Under the pieces are notes generated by a model. It saw nothing but the letters and a program-made list of their open reading frames with translations. It did no database searches and had not been told where the DNA came from. The position numbers were made by a program, and so were the translations under genes. From Eledone cirrhosa (Eukaryota): a stretch of 64,000 nucleotides of DNA. Shown piece after piece: positions 13,518 through 27,339 of the stretch (its first letter is position 1; each line of letters begins with the position of its first letter). The stretch spans positions 116,994,001 through 117,058,000 of the forward strand of contig OZ024740.1 in assembly GCA_964016885.1 (NCBI GenBank), given 5' to 3'.

Positions 13518-15384
13518 GTGAAATGTTGCCTTTATATTTGTTAAGTTGGTATAAGACCAGCAATTGATAGAACAAAAGTAATATATGGTGTTCAAAATAT
13601 GAAATTTTTCGAAAGATTTTGTAGTGTTGTTGTAAGCAGCTAATGGAATTTCAATAAAATAACCATCAATGGGAACAGAATAATTTTTTTGTCGCGTTTA
13701 TACTGTAACGGAATATGTGTGTATTGTCAAAACCATGGACATAATAAAACCTAGATGGTGGGATCGAAACAGCAGATTTCTCTGACTGTAAAGTAACTTT
13801 TGATCTAAACTAACAACTGTTGGGTAGTAACGTTGACAGTGTTTATATTTAGTTCAAAGCAAAAACAGAATGCGTGACTATAGAGAATGGTATGTTTTGT
13901 ATATTTATAGATGAAATGAATTTACAGTATTTGTTACAATTGAAGACCACCTCTGCATTTACCTCCTATTGATCATTATTCTCTTGTGACATAAAAAAAT
14001 TCTCTCAACTTATCTCTGTACCCACTTCTTTTTTCTACCTTTTAACATTACTTTTTCTTTCTCCCACTCTTATTATCAAGGCGTTGGTGGAAAATTTATG
14101 TTCTAATTATGGAAGCTTTCCAATGTGCGTTTTGTTTAAGGATTTTTTCTATATATTCAATTATCCATAGAATATTTCTAAGACAATTATTTTATCTAAA
14201 ATGGCATAAAAAGAACTTCGCTTCTGGGAGAGAAATAGTCCGATGGTGTATAATCAAGAAATAAACAGAACCACTCCAAGACTTTTAATTGAACTTCATT
14301 AGATCACCAAGATGTTTAAGCCTTTAAAACATTCCCGATCATTGTGATGATATAATGGTTTGGGTGTTGGGCCTACTACTCGCCTAGCAATACATTTCAT
14401 TTCAAATTTGCATATATAAAGTTATGTATGCATGTGGAGAAAAAAAAGAACACATTATATATTCACATTTCAGGATTACCCGAGTATGCTGATATTTAAG
14501 AGCTAGAATGTGAGTTTGCTCGACATTGTATGTTAGATATCAAGATAAGTATACCGTGAATGGAGATAGATAAATACATAGAAAGACGGAGACTGAAGAA
14601 TGGAAGCTATATAGATAAACAAAATAGTGATGTTATAGACAAATAGGCAGTCATGAATAGTGTATCTAAAACTACATTACTTCATGGTTCCTTCATCTCT
14701 TTTTTTACGTTAGAGTATGATTTAATGTGTATTTTGCTGCTATTTCTAGCAAGTTAGATGGAGATGTTCCTTCGTTCAATCTACGATATTCTGGTGAGAG
14801 AGGTAGTGAAATAGTTATGCTTCCAGTGAGTTGAGATAACACCGATGTTTCAAACTTCAGCTGAATCTAATTTTCTTCCCTGGCGGTGATAATGCCTTTC
14901 GGTTAAGAATAAACATCATTATCGTCTATTTCTCTCCTTTCTCTGATGCCTAGTCAAAAGTAAACGGTTATTTCCACGTAGGAGAAATTTTGAAAGCGAA
15001 GCAAAATAATTTGACACAAATGTCCATATTTTTTAAAACATTGTTGAGATGAGTGTATTTTTAAAAATAGATTTAAAGATTTGAAGAGCAGTCGTTGTGA
15101 TATAGTATTAGTAATGAGTAATGTTACCGGAATTAGTATCAACCGGAAGTTTGTCCATAGTCTGCATATTTGTGCTTCGTTGTTCTACAGACGTTGACTT
15201 CCTCTTTTATTAATTCTGGCAATCAACAAAAGTGCACAAATTGACTGAAGGAAATGAACAAATCTAGCGTATGTTATTGAACTAACTGAATGTTTGACGG
15301 GAGAATTTGGTGGTTTATCGTATAACGTTTTAATCGTCCTACGAACCATTTCAATCACCAGCATTTCGACCGCCTTGTTTACAC

Positions 15385-15445
15385 GAAGTGGTATCGAACC
15401 CAAGACCTTATGATTGAAAAGCGAACTTAACCATTCGGCCATGCT
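15385..15445 (-). mobile_element. tRNA-like head of a second SINE family (S2)
   Basis: Minus strand TGGCCGAATGGTTAAG (A box) ... GGGTTCGATACC (B box); similar heads at about 18775, 55105 and 62987 (+). Confidence 0.5.
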
Positions 15446-17959
15446 GTTTGTACAAACCGCCCTACCTTACACATGTAGATATTCGATTTAATCGATTATA
15501 CTCACAGGAAAATGTGTAGCATTGTACCTATAGTAAAAATCAATGTTTACTTCAATTTTTGGAGACATTGCTTGGAGAAAAGTGGCTCGCCTTAGATATT
15601 TTGCAAAATGACGAAATCTTGTGGGGTGCACTAGCAAACACGGCACTTACTGGAATCGGAGAAATAATACTTGTCTCATTACCCGAATTAAAGTATAATA
15701 AATAAAAAAAAATAAACTAAAAATAAAAATAGAATAATAAAAGATAAAAATAAAATCATGGAACAAATACAAAGAAACGAAAATGTAATGGCTTCTGTGT
15801 TCACAAGGGTTAAAGATGGTGTTACGGGTGTAATAAGCAGGTTTTCATCACACTCTCAGATGATCTACGGTGACACATATATGTTTAACAGATCTAAATG
15901 CTTCCTTCACAAAGAACATAGACAGAGTTAGTAAGATTCTGTATATATCAGTTGTGTTTTGTATATATCAATTTTGTATATATCATTTCGGGTTTGTATA
16001 TATCATTTCTGGTGAGCATCTTAGAGTAGAAGCTGGTTTCCAATAAGTCAGATCCACGGTTCCGTTTCGATTCTCAGTTGGATTCATATTCTTGAATTGT
16101 ATCCCTATTGTCCCTTGAGATAAGCACAAAAGTCACAAAAGTAATAAAACTAAAAAAGAAATTCCATATATCCTTTCTTATATGTTTGTCTTAAAATGAT
16201 ATTCGTCTATCTTATTCAGAATTGGCATAGATTTATCTTAATAACATTGTAAGCACATAATATCATGATTAATGACTAGGTCACATTACCCACAATAGGT
16301 CAGTGAGTCACCTTTCAGGGGGGGAGGTGGGGGGCATTTCTCAATTGGGGTGGGGCCAGATTTGGTTAATTTAGTTGTAGTGATTAGTTTAGCTATTATC
16401 ATCAAGTATCAACGAAGATATAAAAAAAAACTTCGATATGCGATAAACATAACATGTACATAAATTGTAGCGCATATACAAATATATGGGGTTTTTTTGT
16501 AGTTTGGGGAGAAAAATATAATTATTGGGGAGGGGGCACCCCCAGTTCCACCACCCCTGCCTTTGAGGGCTTTGGTTTAATGTAGCCACTACAACTGTAC
16601 AACGTCGGCTCGCTTTTGTTTATGTGAATGTATAAACGTATATATCAAACCGAATTTTTATTAGTACATTTAGTCGTTTATGATTCATGAGATTTTATTT
16701 TTACACAAGAATCTGCTATCTAACTGGAGTTCAATATTACTTTGTCATTTTCTTATGTCAATTGCAATTCTGTATCCATAAATCCCTCACCACCACAACC
16801 AGCACTACAAAAAAGACAAAAAAAAATCTAAGGGATCCAAATTCCCAAATATAATTAATTGAAGTACGTGTTAAAACCAGATAAAATAGTGTTTTACTAT
16901 TTACATGTCTCGTTCGTGACTCTCATTTCATGATTGTTAAAAAGTATAACAATAAAAAGGATTTTAGTATAACCCAGCGGATCATGAATGTTTCGTAGTC
17001 TTGGCAGACAAAATAGCAAATGTGTTATCACGAAGAATAACGAGGACATGCACTGAAAGAGACATTCGATCCGCAGGTCTCATTTTTTTTTTTTTCGGAT
17101 AGCCATCTCCGTTTTGCCGTTTTGACTGAACCGAGTAGGAAGGTCGTTGGGGGCGGCAGGACAGGTTACATAATGTTTTCACTGCGACAGTTTCAAAGAA
17201 AGGCCTATCGGGGACCAACATGTATGCTGTCAGCTTACGATATTCAGCCCGTGTGGTAAGGAAGCCTGGGTCTGGTGTTGATTACCACTGACGAAAGTAG
17301 CGGTGCAAGCCACATTCCATCTCATCATTTAATTATTGAATGAATATTACCTCTTCACATATTACATTGCCAGTGAGTGTTAGAAAAATATCTACTATAA
17401 TCCAAAGAGTTTAAACTTTACAAGATCCATGATAAATATTCGAAATCAAAAAAGAAAATAAAAGAGCCAGTTATCAGATCCCACCAAGGAAACCGTTGTT
17501 TCCATTGGTCTTTTTTCATTGCTGATACAGGAGGCCGGGTTTGAACATAGAACACACAAAGCTGGAACAGATACCGTAAAGTAACTCGTCCGCCTCTTTA
17601 ACAATCAGTGAATCAACCCGCTCTACACTGGTACTTTATTTATCGACTCCAGGAGTAACAAGTTAGTTAACTGAGCAATCCCGGAATATGTGTACATTTA
17701 ACGTGATTCAGCGTGAGACTGTGTATAAAACAACCTGGCCCTTTTAATCACAAATACAACTGACTTTTTCCAGTTCAGTGGACTGATACTACGTGAAATA
17801 AAGTGACCTGCACAAGGGCATAACGCATCACCACAAGCCGTAATATATATATATATATATGTAACGTATAACATTCAGAGTCAATTGAGACTGGTACAGG
17901 GGGTAAGTAGCAGGCAAGTTAAAGTGACAGAATAAATACTATGTGATATTTAATTACTT

Positions 17960-18285
17960 GACTTTACGTTCTGAGTTCAAATCCCGCCGAGGTTAGCGTT
18001 GCCTTTCAGCCTCACGGGGTCGAAAATAAAGCACCAGTAACACAATGGGGTCAATTTAATCCCCCCCCCCCCCCAAAAAAAAAAATTGCTGGCCTTGTGC
18101 CTAAATCAAAAATCATTATTTTTAACGACATATAGTTACACTCCTTTAAAATCCCGCCGCGATTAGCTTTGTCTTTCATCCTTAAGGGGTCGATAAAATA
18201 GTACCACTGACGCAGTAGGGTCGGTTTAATCACATTTCCCCGTCCCCAAAAATTGTTGGCCTTGTGCCTAAATCAGAAACCACTC
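17960..18285 (+). mobile_element. Two tandem partial S1 SINEs (variant with GGGGTCGATTTAATC insert)
   Basis: Two successive core + TTGCTGGCCTTGTGCCTAAATCA tails. Confidence 0.75.
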
Positions 18286-19843
18286 TATTAATAGTGGTCA
18301 AGAAAATAATTACTAGACATGTATTAAAATTGTATAAATTTGTGTCTATCTTAGAAAACATTAGAGTAGCCCTGATATTACTGGGAAAATAAGTTGTAGT
18401 TCTTATTTAACACCTACTGAATTCTGATAGAGCAGGTTTATAATCAAAAGCATTCCAACCTAATATTTGTATAGCTAGGACATTCCTTTTTTCAAGACAG
18501 TAAGGTGAAATTTGAGATTTGGCTCTTATTTTAGGCTCGATGTTGTTTAACCCAGGTCAGATCAGATCAAGCAAACATGCAATCAAAGCCGCTCTAACTA
18601 TGACTATCGTCATTCTTTTAATGTCATTGACTACCAATGTTCAAATCAGTGGAGTGTAATTAGATGGAGATTTGACTGCTATTTCTAGCAGGTCGAGCTA
18701 CCACGTAAAGTTTCCCAGATTATAATTTTTTTAGGTGTAGCATGTAATGATTTTTTATTCTTTGGATGTGTTATTAGAGTGTTAGGCCCATGATCATAAG
18801 ATCGTGGGTTCTACTCTTGAACCGGGTCGCGAGTTGTGGTCTTGAGCAAGACACTTCATATTAAAATATATCATTACGGCATCCGAGAAATCTTTTATAG
18901 GATGCATCCTCGCAGAAGACCAACAAAACCAACATGAGTGATCTGTGAATTTCATAAAAAAAATGTACTCCGTATGTAGTTTTGCTAGGATGGTGCTGCA
19001 GTATAGGTGTCTTTGTTCGTGGTGGCTGAAACAAACAAAAGACCTAAAAAAAAATACTAACTTTCAATTTAAGCGTGTGCTACATGTAATATTATTAAGT
19101 CGTATGTCGTTTGGAATAATAAATATAATATATGACATATAACATATGCACATACGTAAAAGATATATATGTTTATGGCATATATAATATGACAGGAATA
19201 TGACAAGTAAAAGAGATTTAATACATCGCATAAATATTTATTATACGAAACACTTTTAAAAACCAGCTTCCATCTTCGAATCATATGACAAGTATGCGTA
19301 ATAATAATATTACTTGTAGGCGGAGCTAAAGCAATAGTAGCTGATGAAACTGGGAGGTGAGACTATATAAAATTATGTACATAAACGTTACAGCTGGGAG
19401 GAGCTGAGCGTATTTATTGTACAAGGTAAGACCTAAAGTTGCTACTTATGAGTGGGAGGAGTTATAGGTGCTAGCATATGTAGGTGGAGCTGAAAAAAAG
19501 GATCTATTAATGTTGGATGGGAGGAGCTAATTGTATTCTGCAAGAGATATCGAGACAGAGAGAAAGACAGAGAGTGAAAAAGAGAAACGGAAAGGGCTAA
19601 AAGTGTTATGTAGGCTATTAAATAAAAGGGCTAATAAATTGCAAGATGGTCGCTGGAAAAAGAAAACAAAAGAGAAATTATATGTTAGTGGGTGTTTTTA
19701 GTAAAGTTTGTCATGGTTGTTTAGTTCTAGGTCGGTTTCCGCAGACCTATCATCAAAAGCGTGCCATCCAAGACATTGCCGTCTGTTTCTCTCCCCAGTA
19801 TCATGCATCTAATGCAGCGTAGTCTTAAACATGTATGCACATG

Positions 19844-19895
<52 letters not shown>

Positions 19896-19920
19896 TATGT
19901 GTGTGTGTATATATATATGT

Positions 19921-19973
19921 ATGTATTGAGTACCTTACTTACTGTGGTTACCTCCGACTCAACCCTGAATAAC
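19921..19973 (+). mobile_element. Foldback family B distal fragment in (TA)n
   Basis: ATGTATTGAGTACCTTACTTACTGTGGTTACCTCCGA matches the reverse complement of 47935-47995. Confidence 0.75.
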
Positions 19974-19974
19974 T

Positions 19975-20050
<76 letters not shown>

Positions 20051-21110
20051 GAGATGGGTAGATTTAGGGATTGGTTCAAATACATTTTATTTCAATTTAT
20101 TAAGGAAGAGTTTTTAGGGATTTACTACAATTATTAATTATTTCATTACTACGAAAATAGTACTGCAGTATGTGGTTCGTATTTTGTTGCAAAATTTAAA
20201 TTTAAATAGGAACTCTTTAAATGGGTGATTTCGTTTCATAGAATGAATGCCAGTTTTGGCCGGGTTGCTATCAGAAGGGTAAGGGAAATTCGGCTATTAT
20301 TTCTAACTGGTCGATTGACCATTTAAAAACTCCGTTGTTGGTTTGCGCAATATTGTGTATAGTGGAATTGTTTTGCGGGTGGTTCTGTCCAGTTAGTAGT
20401 GAAACGTTAGGAATTAGTTCGATCTATAATCAATTTGGGCGGTTTCGATATTTTTCCGCTTTTGAGAATCATTAAAATATCAGTAAAATTCCGAGAAAGA
20501 GGAGTGTCACTATACCAGAGTTGTTTTAGCTCCTGCTTAGCCATTGTCTAGCAGACCTATGAGCAAAGGCGTTCCAGTCGTGACTATCCCGCGTTACATA
20601 TACATATGACTGTATCATCCAATGTGCCCGTCTTTTTTAAAGATAAGATGCGATTTGAAGGAGATTTAGCTGCTATTTCTAGCAAATAGATTGACTACGT
20701 TGTGTCCTATGTTCACCAATGTGATAACGATTATAAACAGGAAGGGTCTCTATGCTCTGACTTTATATGCTAGAAATAGAAGCTAAATCTCCCTCCAATA
20801 ACAGCCTACCGTCTTAAAAAGGGAAAGACATAAGGGCCATCCCAAACAAGGGACATCTGGGATGGAACGTCTTCGATCATAGATCTGCTCAGTCAGGTCA
20901 AATATAGGATTAAACCACCAACAACAGGATAGATTATGTTGAGAATAAGAAGGTAAAAGTGAAGTAAGAGGGATTGGTGTAGATAGCGGAGGCGGGCAGA
21001 TGGGAATTTTCATATAAAAGTTGTTATGAGTAGGTGTTGAGGACGTTCTGTAATAACACCTATAGGGGTGAGTATCTTGGTCAATAATACAACACAATTT
21101 AAAGAGTGTA

Positions 21111-21154
<44 letters not shown>

Positions 21155-21158
<4 letters not shown>

Positions 21159-21467
21159 GAGAATGGCCCGTGTGAATGGGCCTTCACTCTACATCAGACT
21201 ATAGGTGAGGAAGATGAAAAATCAAGGGAGCACCCCCTCTCTGTGCTCCTGAGGAGAAGGGTTGCACACTTTTTTTGGGGGGTGTGTGCGACCCCCCAAG
21301 GCGCCTCCTCCCTATTGAGGATTTTGTTATCAAATTTATTTTGTTATATTTTATTTTATTTTTATACATTGTTATTGCCTCCTCCTTATTGAAGACGCCT
21401 TGTTATGTAAACTCCTCTCATTGTACTTGTCCCACTTTTTGATGCCCTGGTGGCAAATAAAAAGAAA

Positions 21468-21469
<2 letters not shown>
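21155..21469 (+). mobile_element. 5'-truncated Tx1-like LINE copy (last codons plus 3' UTR) inside (TATC)n
   Basis: Encodes SRMARVNGPSLYIRL*, homologous to KMAQVNGTSLYINL* of the 32091 copy; ends GGCAAATAAAAAGAAA; (TATC)n at 21111-21154 and 21470-21565. Confidence 0.8.
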
Positions 21470-21544
<75 letters not shown>

Positions 21545-21780
21545 ATATCTATCTATCTATCTATCTCTCTATCGACCGGACGTGCGATAGATCATTGGTA
21601 AGTTTTTGTAAAATGTTCTATACAAAAACAGAATTTATTGTGTGAAAATTTATATTGTTTGATATATTAATACCCAGGCTGAATTGTCAGCTGAGTGGTA
21701 ATCTCCGTTTTCGCCCCTGTGGGGAGAAAATTTAATTAAAAAAATTATTGAGAAGTTTTAAAATTTTCCTAACTTTAACA

Positions 21781-23537
21781 ATGTGTGACTTACAGAGAAC
21801 GCTAGTCAGCGAGAAGAGAGGGAAAGAGGCAGATATAAGCGTTATATCTCCCTCTACTTCCATAGAAGTATCTATGGAGACAAACAACAACAAAACTTCG
21901 TTTCGTAAAGAAATGGATATTTGCACAACAAAGGATGAAAATAATAGCCCACAACAGACACCAAAAAATACAGAAAATGCAGAAATTGAAACAATTAACA
22001 CAACTACACACGAAAAAACCAACAACATTCGCACAGACTGTAATAAAAAAAAAAACGGAATATAAAGAGTTGGACATCAGCAATTCAAAACAGATGCTGT
22101 CTGCTGCGAGACAATTTATAATATTTGAAGAAAAGGGTGGGTTTCAAATAAACTCACCCTTGGAAATTAAACAAGAAACAGTTCGAAGAACAGTAACATT
22201 CAGAACTGTCTCAAATCAAAGAAAAAAGCCGGTATTCCTCAGTCAAGGAGAAATTGAAACCACCTTGAAAGAGGCTCTGCCGGACATTGATTTTATGCAG
22301 AGGGCCAAACTATATGGAAGTATTTCGGTACTTTTTAAAAGCGAGGCCCTCGCACAAAAGCATTCTGTTACACCAGTCATCACAAAAACACATCTTTTTC
22401 CCTACTTACATGGGAAAAAGAACACAAAAAATTAAAATAAATAACATACTACCAAACATCAACATTTGGTGGATCTTAGCAGGGTTCATAGATCCAGAAA
22501 GTGACACAATTCTTTCGGTCAGGAAGTCGACCAAACAAAGGTGGGCGGGTACCAATTTGGAGATTCTGGTGCAGATGAGGGCGGAGAGAATCTCCAAAAT
22601 ACCCGAAAAGGTCCTAGTCGACAACAACAACTACATTAACATTTCGGTTGAGGGACGAAAACCACATTGCTTTCGTTGCAATAGCACCACACATCTAAAG
22701 GATCTAAAGGCCTCCTGCCCTTTACAAACACGCTCAACCAAAACAATCCAAAAAGAAAACACTGTTATCAACACCAACACCAAAACAACCACCACCACAA
22801 CAACAACACACGAAACAAGCAAACACACCAAAACAAACAGCCACTCAACCAACAAGAACAGGGAAAACACAGACAACACCCCTGAAGAACACAGCCGCAC
22901 CCCATCCCACTCCATCAAACACCACCACCACACAACATACCCCTACTCCACACTCCTGACGATGATTATTCACCGACAGATGAGGCTGCTTCTCCTTCTT
23001 TAAGTGAAGAAGGGGAGCCTCGGAAATCCAAAAAAAGAAAAAAAAAGAGACACCACAAAACCTGCAAACTCCAATCACCAACACCAACACACAACCACAG
23101 ACACAAACAACACTACAGTCAAACAGGCCCCTACCAGCAAAACCAACACCAACACCACCCAAACACAAGCACCTACCATAAAAAGAAACCTCCCGAACGA
23201 ACAACAAACAATAACAACACAACAAAAACACAAACAACAATACGCATACATCAACACAAACAACAAGAGTTTGATGGAGGTCATCTCCAAAAACCCCTAG
23301 GTGGAGAAGGAGGGCAAAACTTTCGTTAAAGCAGACTCGTCTCCACACCTTAAACTTGTAAGGGTTTCTATGGAGACCTATAGTGACCTGAAGAATACAT
23401 TTTCGCAGGATGTGGGCAACCCCTGCCAGGAACCCATCAACTGCGTCCTGTTAAAATGTTTCCCCACCCCACCCAACACCTCCTCCAGCACCCAAATGGA
23501 GATTGAACAGCCCGATCTCCAGGAAACGAAAAGGTAA
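21781..23537 (+). pseudogene. LINE ORF1 (gag-like nucleic acid binding protein), frameshifted
   Basis: Pieces in several frames joined at A/T runs (about 22050 and 22395); VEGRKPHCFRCNSTTHLK(DLK)ASCP zinc knuckle; Thr/Asn-rich linker; a basic KSKKRKKKR stretch in an alternative frame; ends 42 nt before ORF2. Confidence 0.75.
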
Positions 23538-23579
23538 GTGCACCTTTTCGTCCTTTTTCGCCAACTCTTCTCCACCAAC

Positions 23580-26500
23580 ATGGCTTGTTTACGAGTTGGA
23601 AGCGTGAATGTGCGTGGCCTAGGGATGCCATGGAAACGGCCAACTTTTAAACGAGCTTAGGTTACACGGTATGGATGTGATAGCCATCACCGAGTCCAGG
23701 ATCCACAACAGGCAGCAACTAACCCCCATCTTCAATGACTTTGAGATCTATGCATCTCTTTTTCAGCCAGGACGTGGAGGGGGGATGGCTGTCATGTTTC
23801 GGAAGAAACTGGACGTCGAAGTACAGCAAGTACACTTGGACCCGGGGGGTAGACTGGTAGTCCTAGATGTGAACAGTATTGGAGGTGGAGCCTTCAGACT
23901 GGTGGCCGTTTATGCCCCGACAGGGAAATTGCAATCGCGGCCAGACTTCTTTAAGCGTCTAGAGTATTTTCTGGGAACGTCTTGCTCCTTACTTTTAGTG
24001 GGGGACTGGAATGCCATCTTAGATGCACGATGGGACTATGTGGGAGCATGTCCCAGTAGAGGAGGGTGCAACAGCTTAAAACATCTAATCGGCCAATTCC
24101 ATCTGGCCGATAGATATCGACTAGATTTCCCGACTGCACAGTGGACGTGGGCAAACCGCAGCGGGACATCTAGATCGTATTTAGATAGGTTTTTCGTTAG
24201 AGAGAAGAACAAGAAGATGTTAAGCTGTCCACAAATGCACATGGTTGCCTATTCAGACCACATACTAGTCATCTGCATAGTAAACCGTGATAGAATACAT
24301 AGACAAGGACCCGGAAACTGGAAGCTGAACGTGTCGCTACCGACACATAAAGCCTACAGTGAACGGATAAGTAGATTAGTTAAGCAACAATTGATCAATT
24401 GATCAATCGTCAACAACAGATGGTGGTACTCCCTCAAGAAAGCAATTAGAGTAGACTCGGTAGACTTTAGCAAAGAGTTAGCCTTAGAGAGAAACAAAAC
24501 AGACACGGAACTAGTAGCCAAGGTAGAGGAGGCGCTTAGGAGTGACAACGTAGCTAGAGTGCTAGCAACGAGAACGGCACTGGACCAGTTCTTCGACGCG
24601 AAACACGAAAGCTGCGTGGTCAGAAGTAAATCACGTGCTTTAGGAAACGAGGGAGCGAAAGCTGTTAGCTGGGCCCGAGTGGCAGAGGCGAAAAGTGGCA
24701 ACAAGTCCACCATTCGGTCTTTGAAAGACCAAAACGGACGCGTGCTACTTGACCCCAAGCGGGTGTGCACGGCCTTTCGGCGGCACTTTGCGCAACTGTT
24801 CGGGCAGAGTGGCGGTGCGTCGAACGGGGCAATGGACTTCAGTTCATACCTCGACGGCCTGCCGCATCTCTCGAGCATGGACGCCGAGTTCTGCGAAAAA
24901 CCGATCACAGCCACTGAGATACGGGACGCTCTGGGCTGCTGCGGGAAACGCAAATTACCCGGTCTAGATGGTCTACCCTATGAGTTTTACATAGGCATGC
25001 CGGACTTGTTCCCTGGCGTCACCGAAGCCGTCTACTGCAACTGGCAGCAGAACGGGAGAATTCCCAGTTCTGCAGGTAGGGGCGTAGTAACGTTGATCAG
25101 GAATGATGAGAACAAGGGGGACGAACTAAGCAACTTTAGGCCCATAACTCTACTCAACACACAGTTAAAGATTTTGGCCAAGGTGTTGACAACGAAGTTG
25201 GCGCTTGTCGTCTAGAACATGACGGGGAAAGCACAAACGTGTGCAATCCCGACCAGGTCTATACTCGACAATCTCCACCTCATGCGATACATCATAGAGA
25301 GGGTGGGGTGTAAACCCGGCTTTGTTGGGGCTCTGATCAGTTTAGATAAGTCTAAGGCGTTCGATAGGGTCGACCACCGATACTTGGAAGCGGTTCTCAA
25401 GGCGGCCGGTTTCGGGTCCGTCATCAGAGGCTGGATCGCCGCAATGCACACCAACATCTGCTCGATGGTCAAGGTGAACGGCTACCTATCGGAGCCGTTC
25501 GCAATCACACGTTCCATCCGACAGGGATGCCCTCTCTCTTCCATTTTGTACGTACTGATTCTAGAGCTACTACTGCGGAAGCTGGAGCTGCTGCAGAGCA
25601 TTCCGTTGGAACCGGGATTGCCGAAAGCGGCGTCGGCTTATGCCGACGACGTGACAGTAATGGTGTCGGAAGCCTCCGAAATCGGGGCGATCGGCAACTT
25701 ACTGCAGGAATACGAAAGGCTCACAGGAGCAAAACTGAACCCGGACAAGTCTGTCGGTTTGCAACTCGGAAAGTGGAGAAGCAAACCGATGCCGTCCAAC
25801 AGCGTCGTCGGACGCTGGACGGACGAACCGGTGAAATTGCTCGGGGTCTGGTTCGGTCCAGACCTTCAGGTGGAGAAAAACTGGAACGAGGTCACGGCTA
25901 AGGTATTTGCGCTCACCCAGAAATGGGCAGAGTGCAAACTATCCTTGAAAGGTCGAGCGGAGGTGGCGAACACTTTCATAGCGTCCGTCATCTACTACCG
26001 CTTGACCGTCGTGCCTTGTCCCCGTGAACACCTCTCCAAGATGGAACGCTTGCTCTTCAAGTTCCTTTGGAAGAGGCAGGCTCCACTGGTGAGGAGATCC
26101 GTCTGCTGTCAGCACCATTCCAACGGAGAGCTGGGAATGCCGTGGCTGATGATGCGCAAGCATGCGCTGAGGCTAGGGCATCTACAGGTATTCCTCACCG
26201 ACCCCCAACCGGTGTGGGCACCTTTTCTGAGACAGGCCTTCTCGCAACTTGTCTCGCTGACGGAGCTGCAGTCATAGGTCAAGCGAATACCGAAGAAGAT
26301 GGGCGCCTGGCCCACTGAATGCGCTGAGGCGCTCACAGTCCTCTGTCAAGCGGGCGCAGCAATCAGTGGAGACTCCACTTCGACATTCTATAGAGGGTTA
26401 GTACGTCACAAGGGCGACGACGTACTCGGAGAGACTCTAGGCGTCGAAGACGATGAACTCACCAGTCTGTTTGGTAGGACTTTACGCCCGGGACCCATGG

Positions 26501-27002
26501 ACAACTTCCAGAGGTCCCTGGCCTGGCAGTGCTACCGAGGAGCTCTACCCGTTCAAGACAAGATCTGCAGGCACGGATCCTTCCAAGAGGACGTGTCCAA
26601 GATGCGCGCAGGACATTGAAACCGTCCTGCACGCAATTGTACACTGCCCGGGCGTAACCGACCTGTGGAAATACACGGAACAACTGCTGTCGCGTATGGG
26701 ACAAATTCAGTTGACTGCCGAGTCCATAGTAAGGATCAAACCCCCAACTTCTTTCAAAGACGAAATAGATGCGGTTTTCCTCTGTACAGTGGCTATGGTG
26801 AAAGAGGTTATATGGTGGACGAGATTGAGAGGACAGATACCTTTCTCTCCGTACAACAACTCATTCCCTTCTTTAGATACCACTTTAGAAGGAGAATCAG
26901 AGTGGAAAGAGAGGCACTGCCCCCCAGTAAATTTACTGAAAGGTGGGTGAATGTGTCAAAAATGGCCGAGTGATTGGGCCTTCTCTGTATATAAACTTGT
27001 AG
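23580..27002 (+). pseudogene. LINE ORF2: APE endonuclease, reverse transcriptase and C-terminal CCHC; disrupted
   Basis: ATG at 23580 (MACLRVGSVNVRGL), frameshift near 23640, then DVIAITES, VYAP, VGDWNA, YLDRFF, SDH (APE); PGLDG, NFRPITLLN, LDKSKAFDRVDH, IRQGCPLS, YADD, LLGVWF (RT); CPRCAQDIETVLHAIVHC. In-frame stops at 24400, 25213 and 26275; frameshifts near 26580, 26830 and 26970. Confidence 0.92.
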
Positions 27003-27285
27003 GTTGAAGAGAGCAAAAGGAAGAAAGGAGCACTTGCACAACACGCTCCTGAAGTTGAGGGTTGTTCTATCAATCCATTTGTGGCGCCTTCCCCCTATTG
27101 GGGATTTCGATTTTTATAATTGTTTGTTTTATATTTTTTTACACGATTGTATGTAAAATCCCTGGCATGTCTTTGTTTTGTCCCCTTTTCTTGTGCGCCC
27201 TTGTAGCAAATAAAGAAATATATCTATCTATCTATCTATCTATCAATCTATCTATCTATCTCTCTCTGTCTCTTTGTCTCTCTGC

Positions 27286-27339
<54 letters not shown>

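Larger units (their letters stand above)
21570..27220 (+). mobile_element. Near full-length non-LTR retrotransposon, Tx1/L1 clade, disrupted, flanked by (TATC)n
   Basis: 5' UTR, ORF1 with zinc knuckle, ORF2 APE-RT-CCHC, and a 3' UTR ending GCAAATAAAGAAA followed by (TATC)n. Confidence 0.9.

Noticed and set aside
14474-14515. Possible micro-exon (TTTCAG ... GTGAGT)
   Set aside because: Splice-like signals alone are common by chance; no partner exons or recognisable protein.
16311-16567. Possible hAT MITE (CAGGGG ... CCCCTG)
   Set aside because: Left TIR and TSD are ambiguous.
24400-26277. In-frame stops in ORF2 as programmed readthrough or RNA-editing-rescued codons
   Set aside because: The same ORF also has frameshifts, so ordinary decay explains them.
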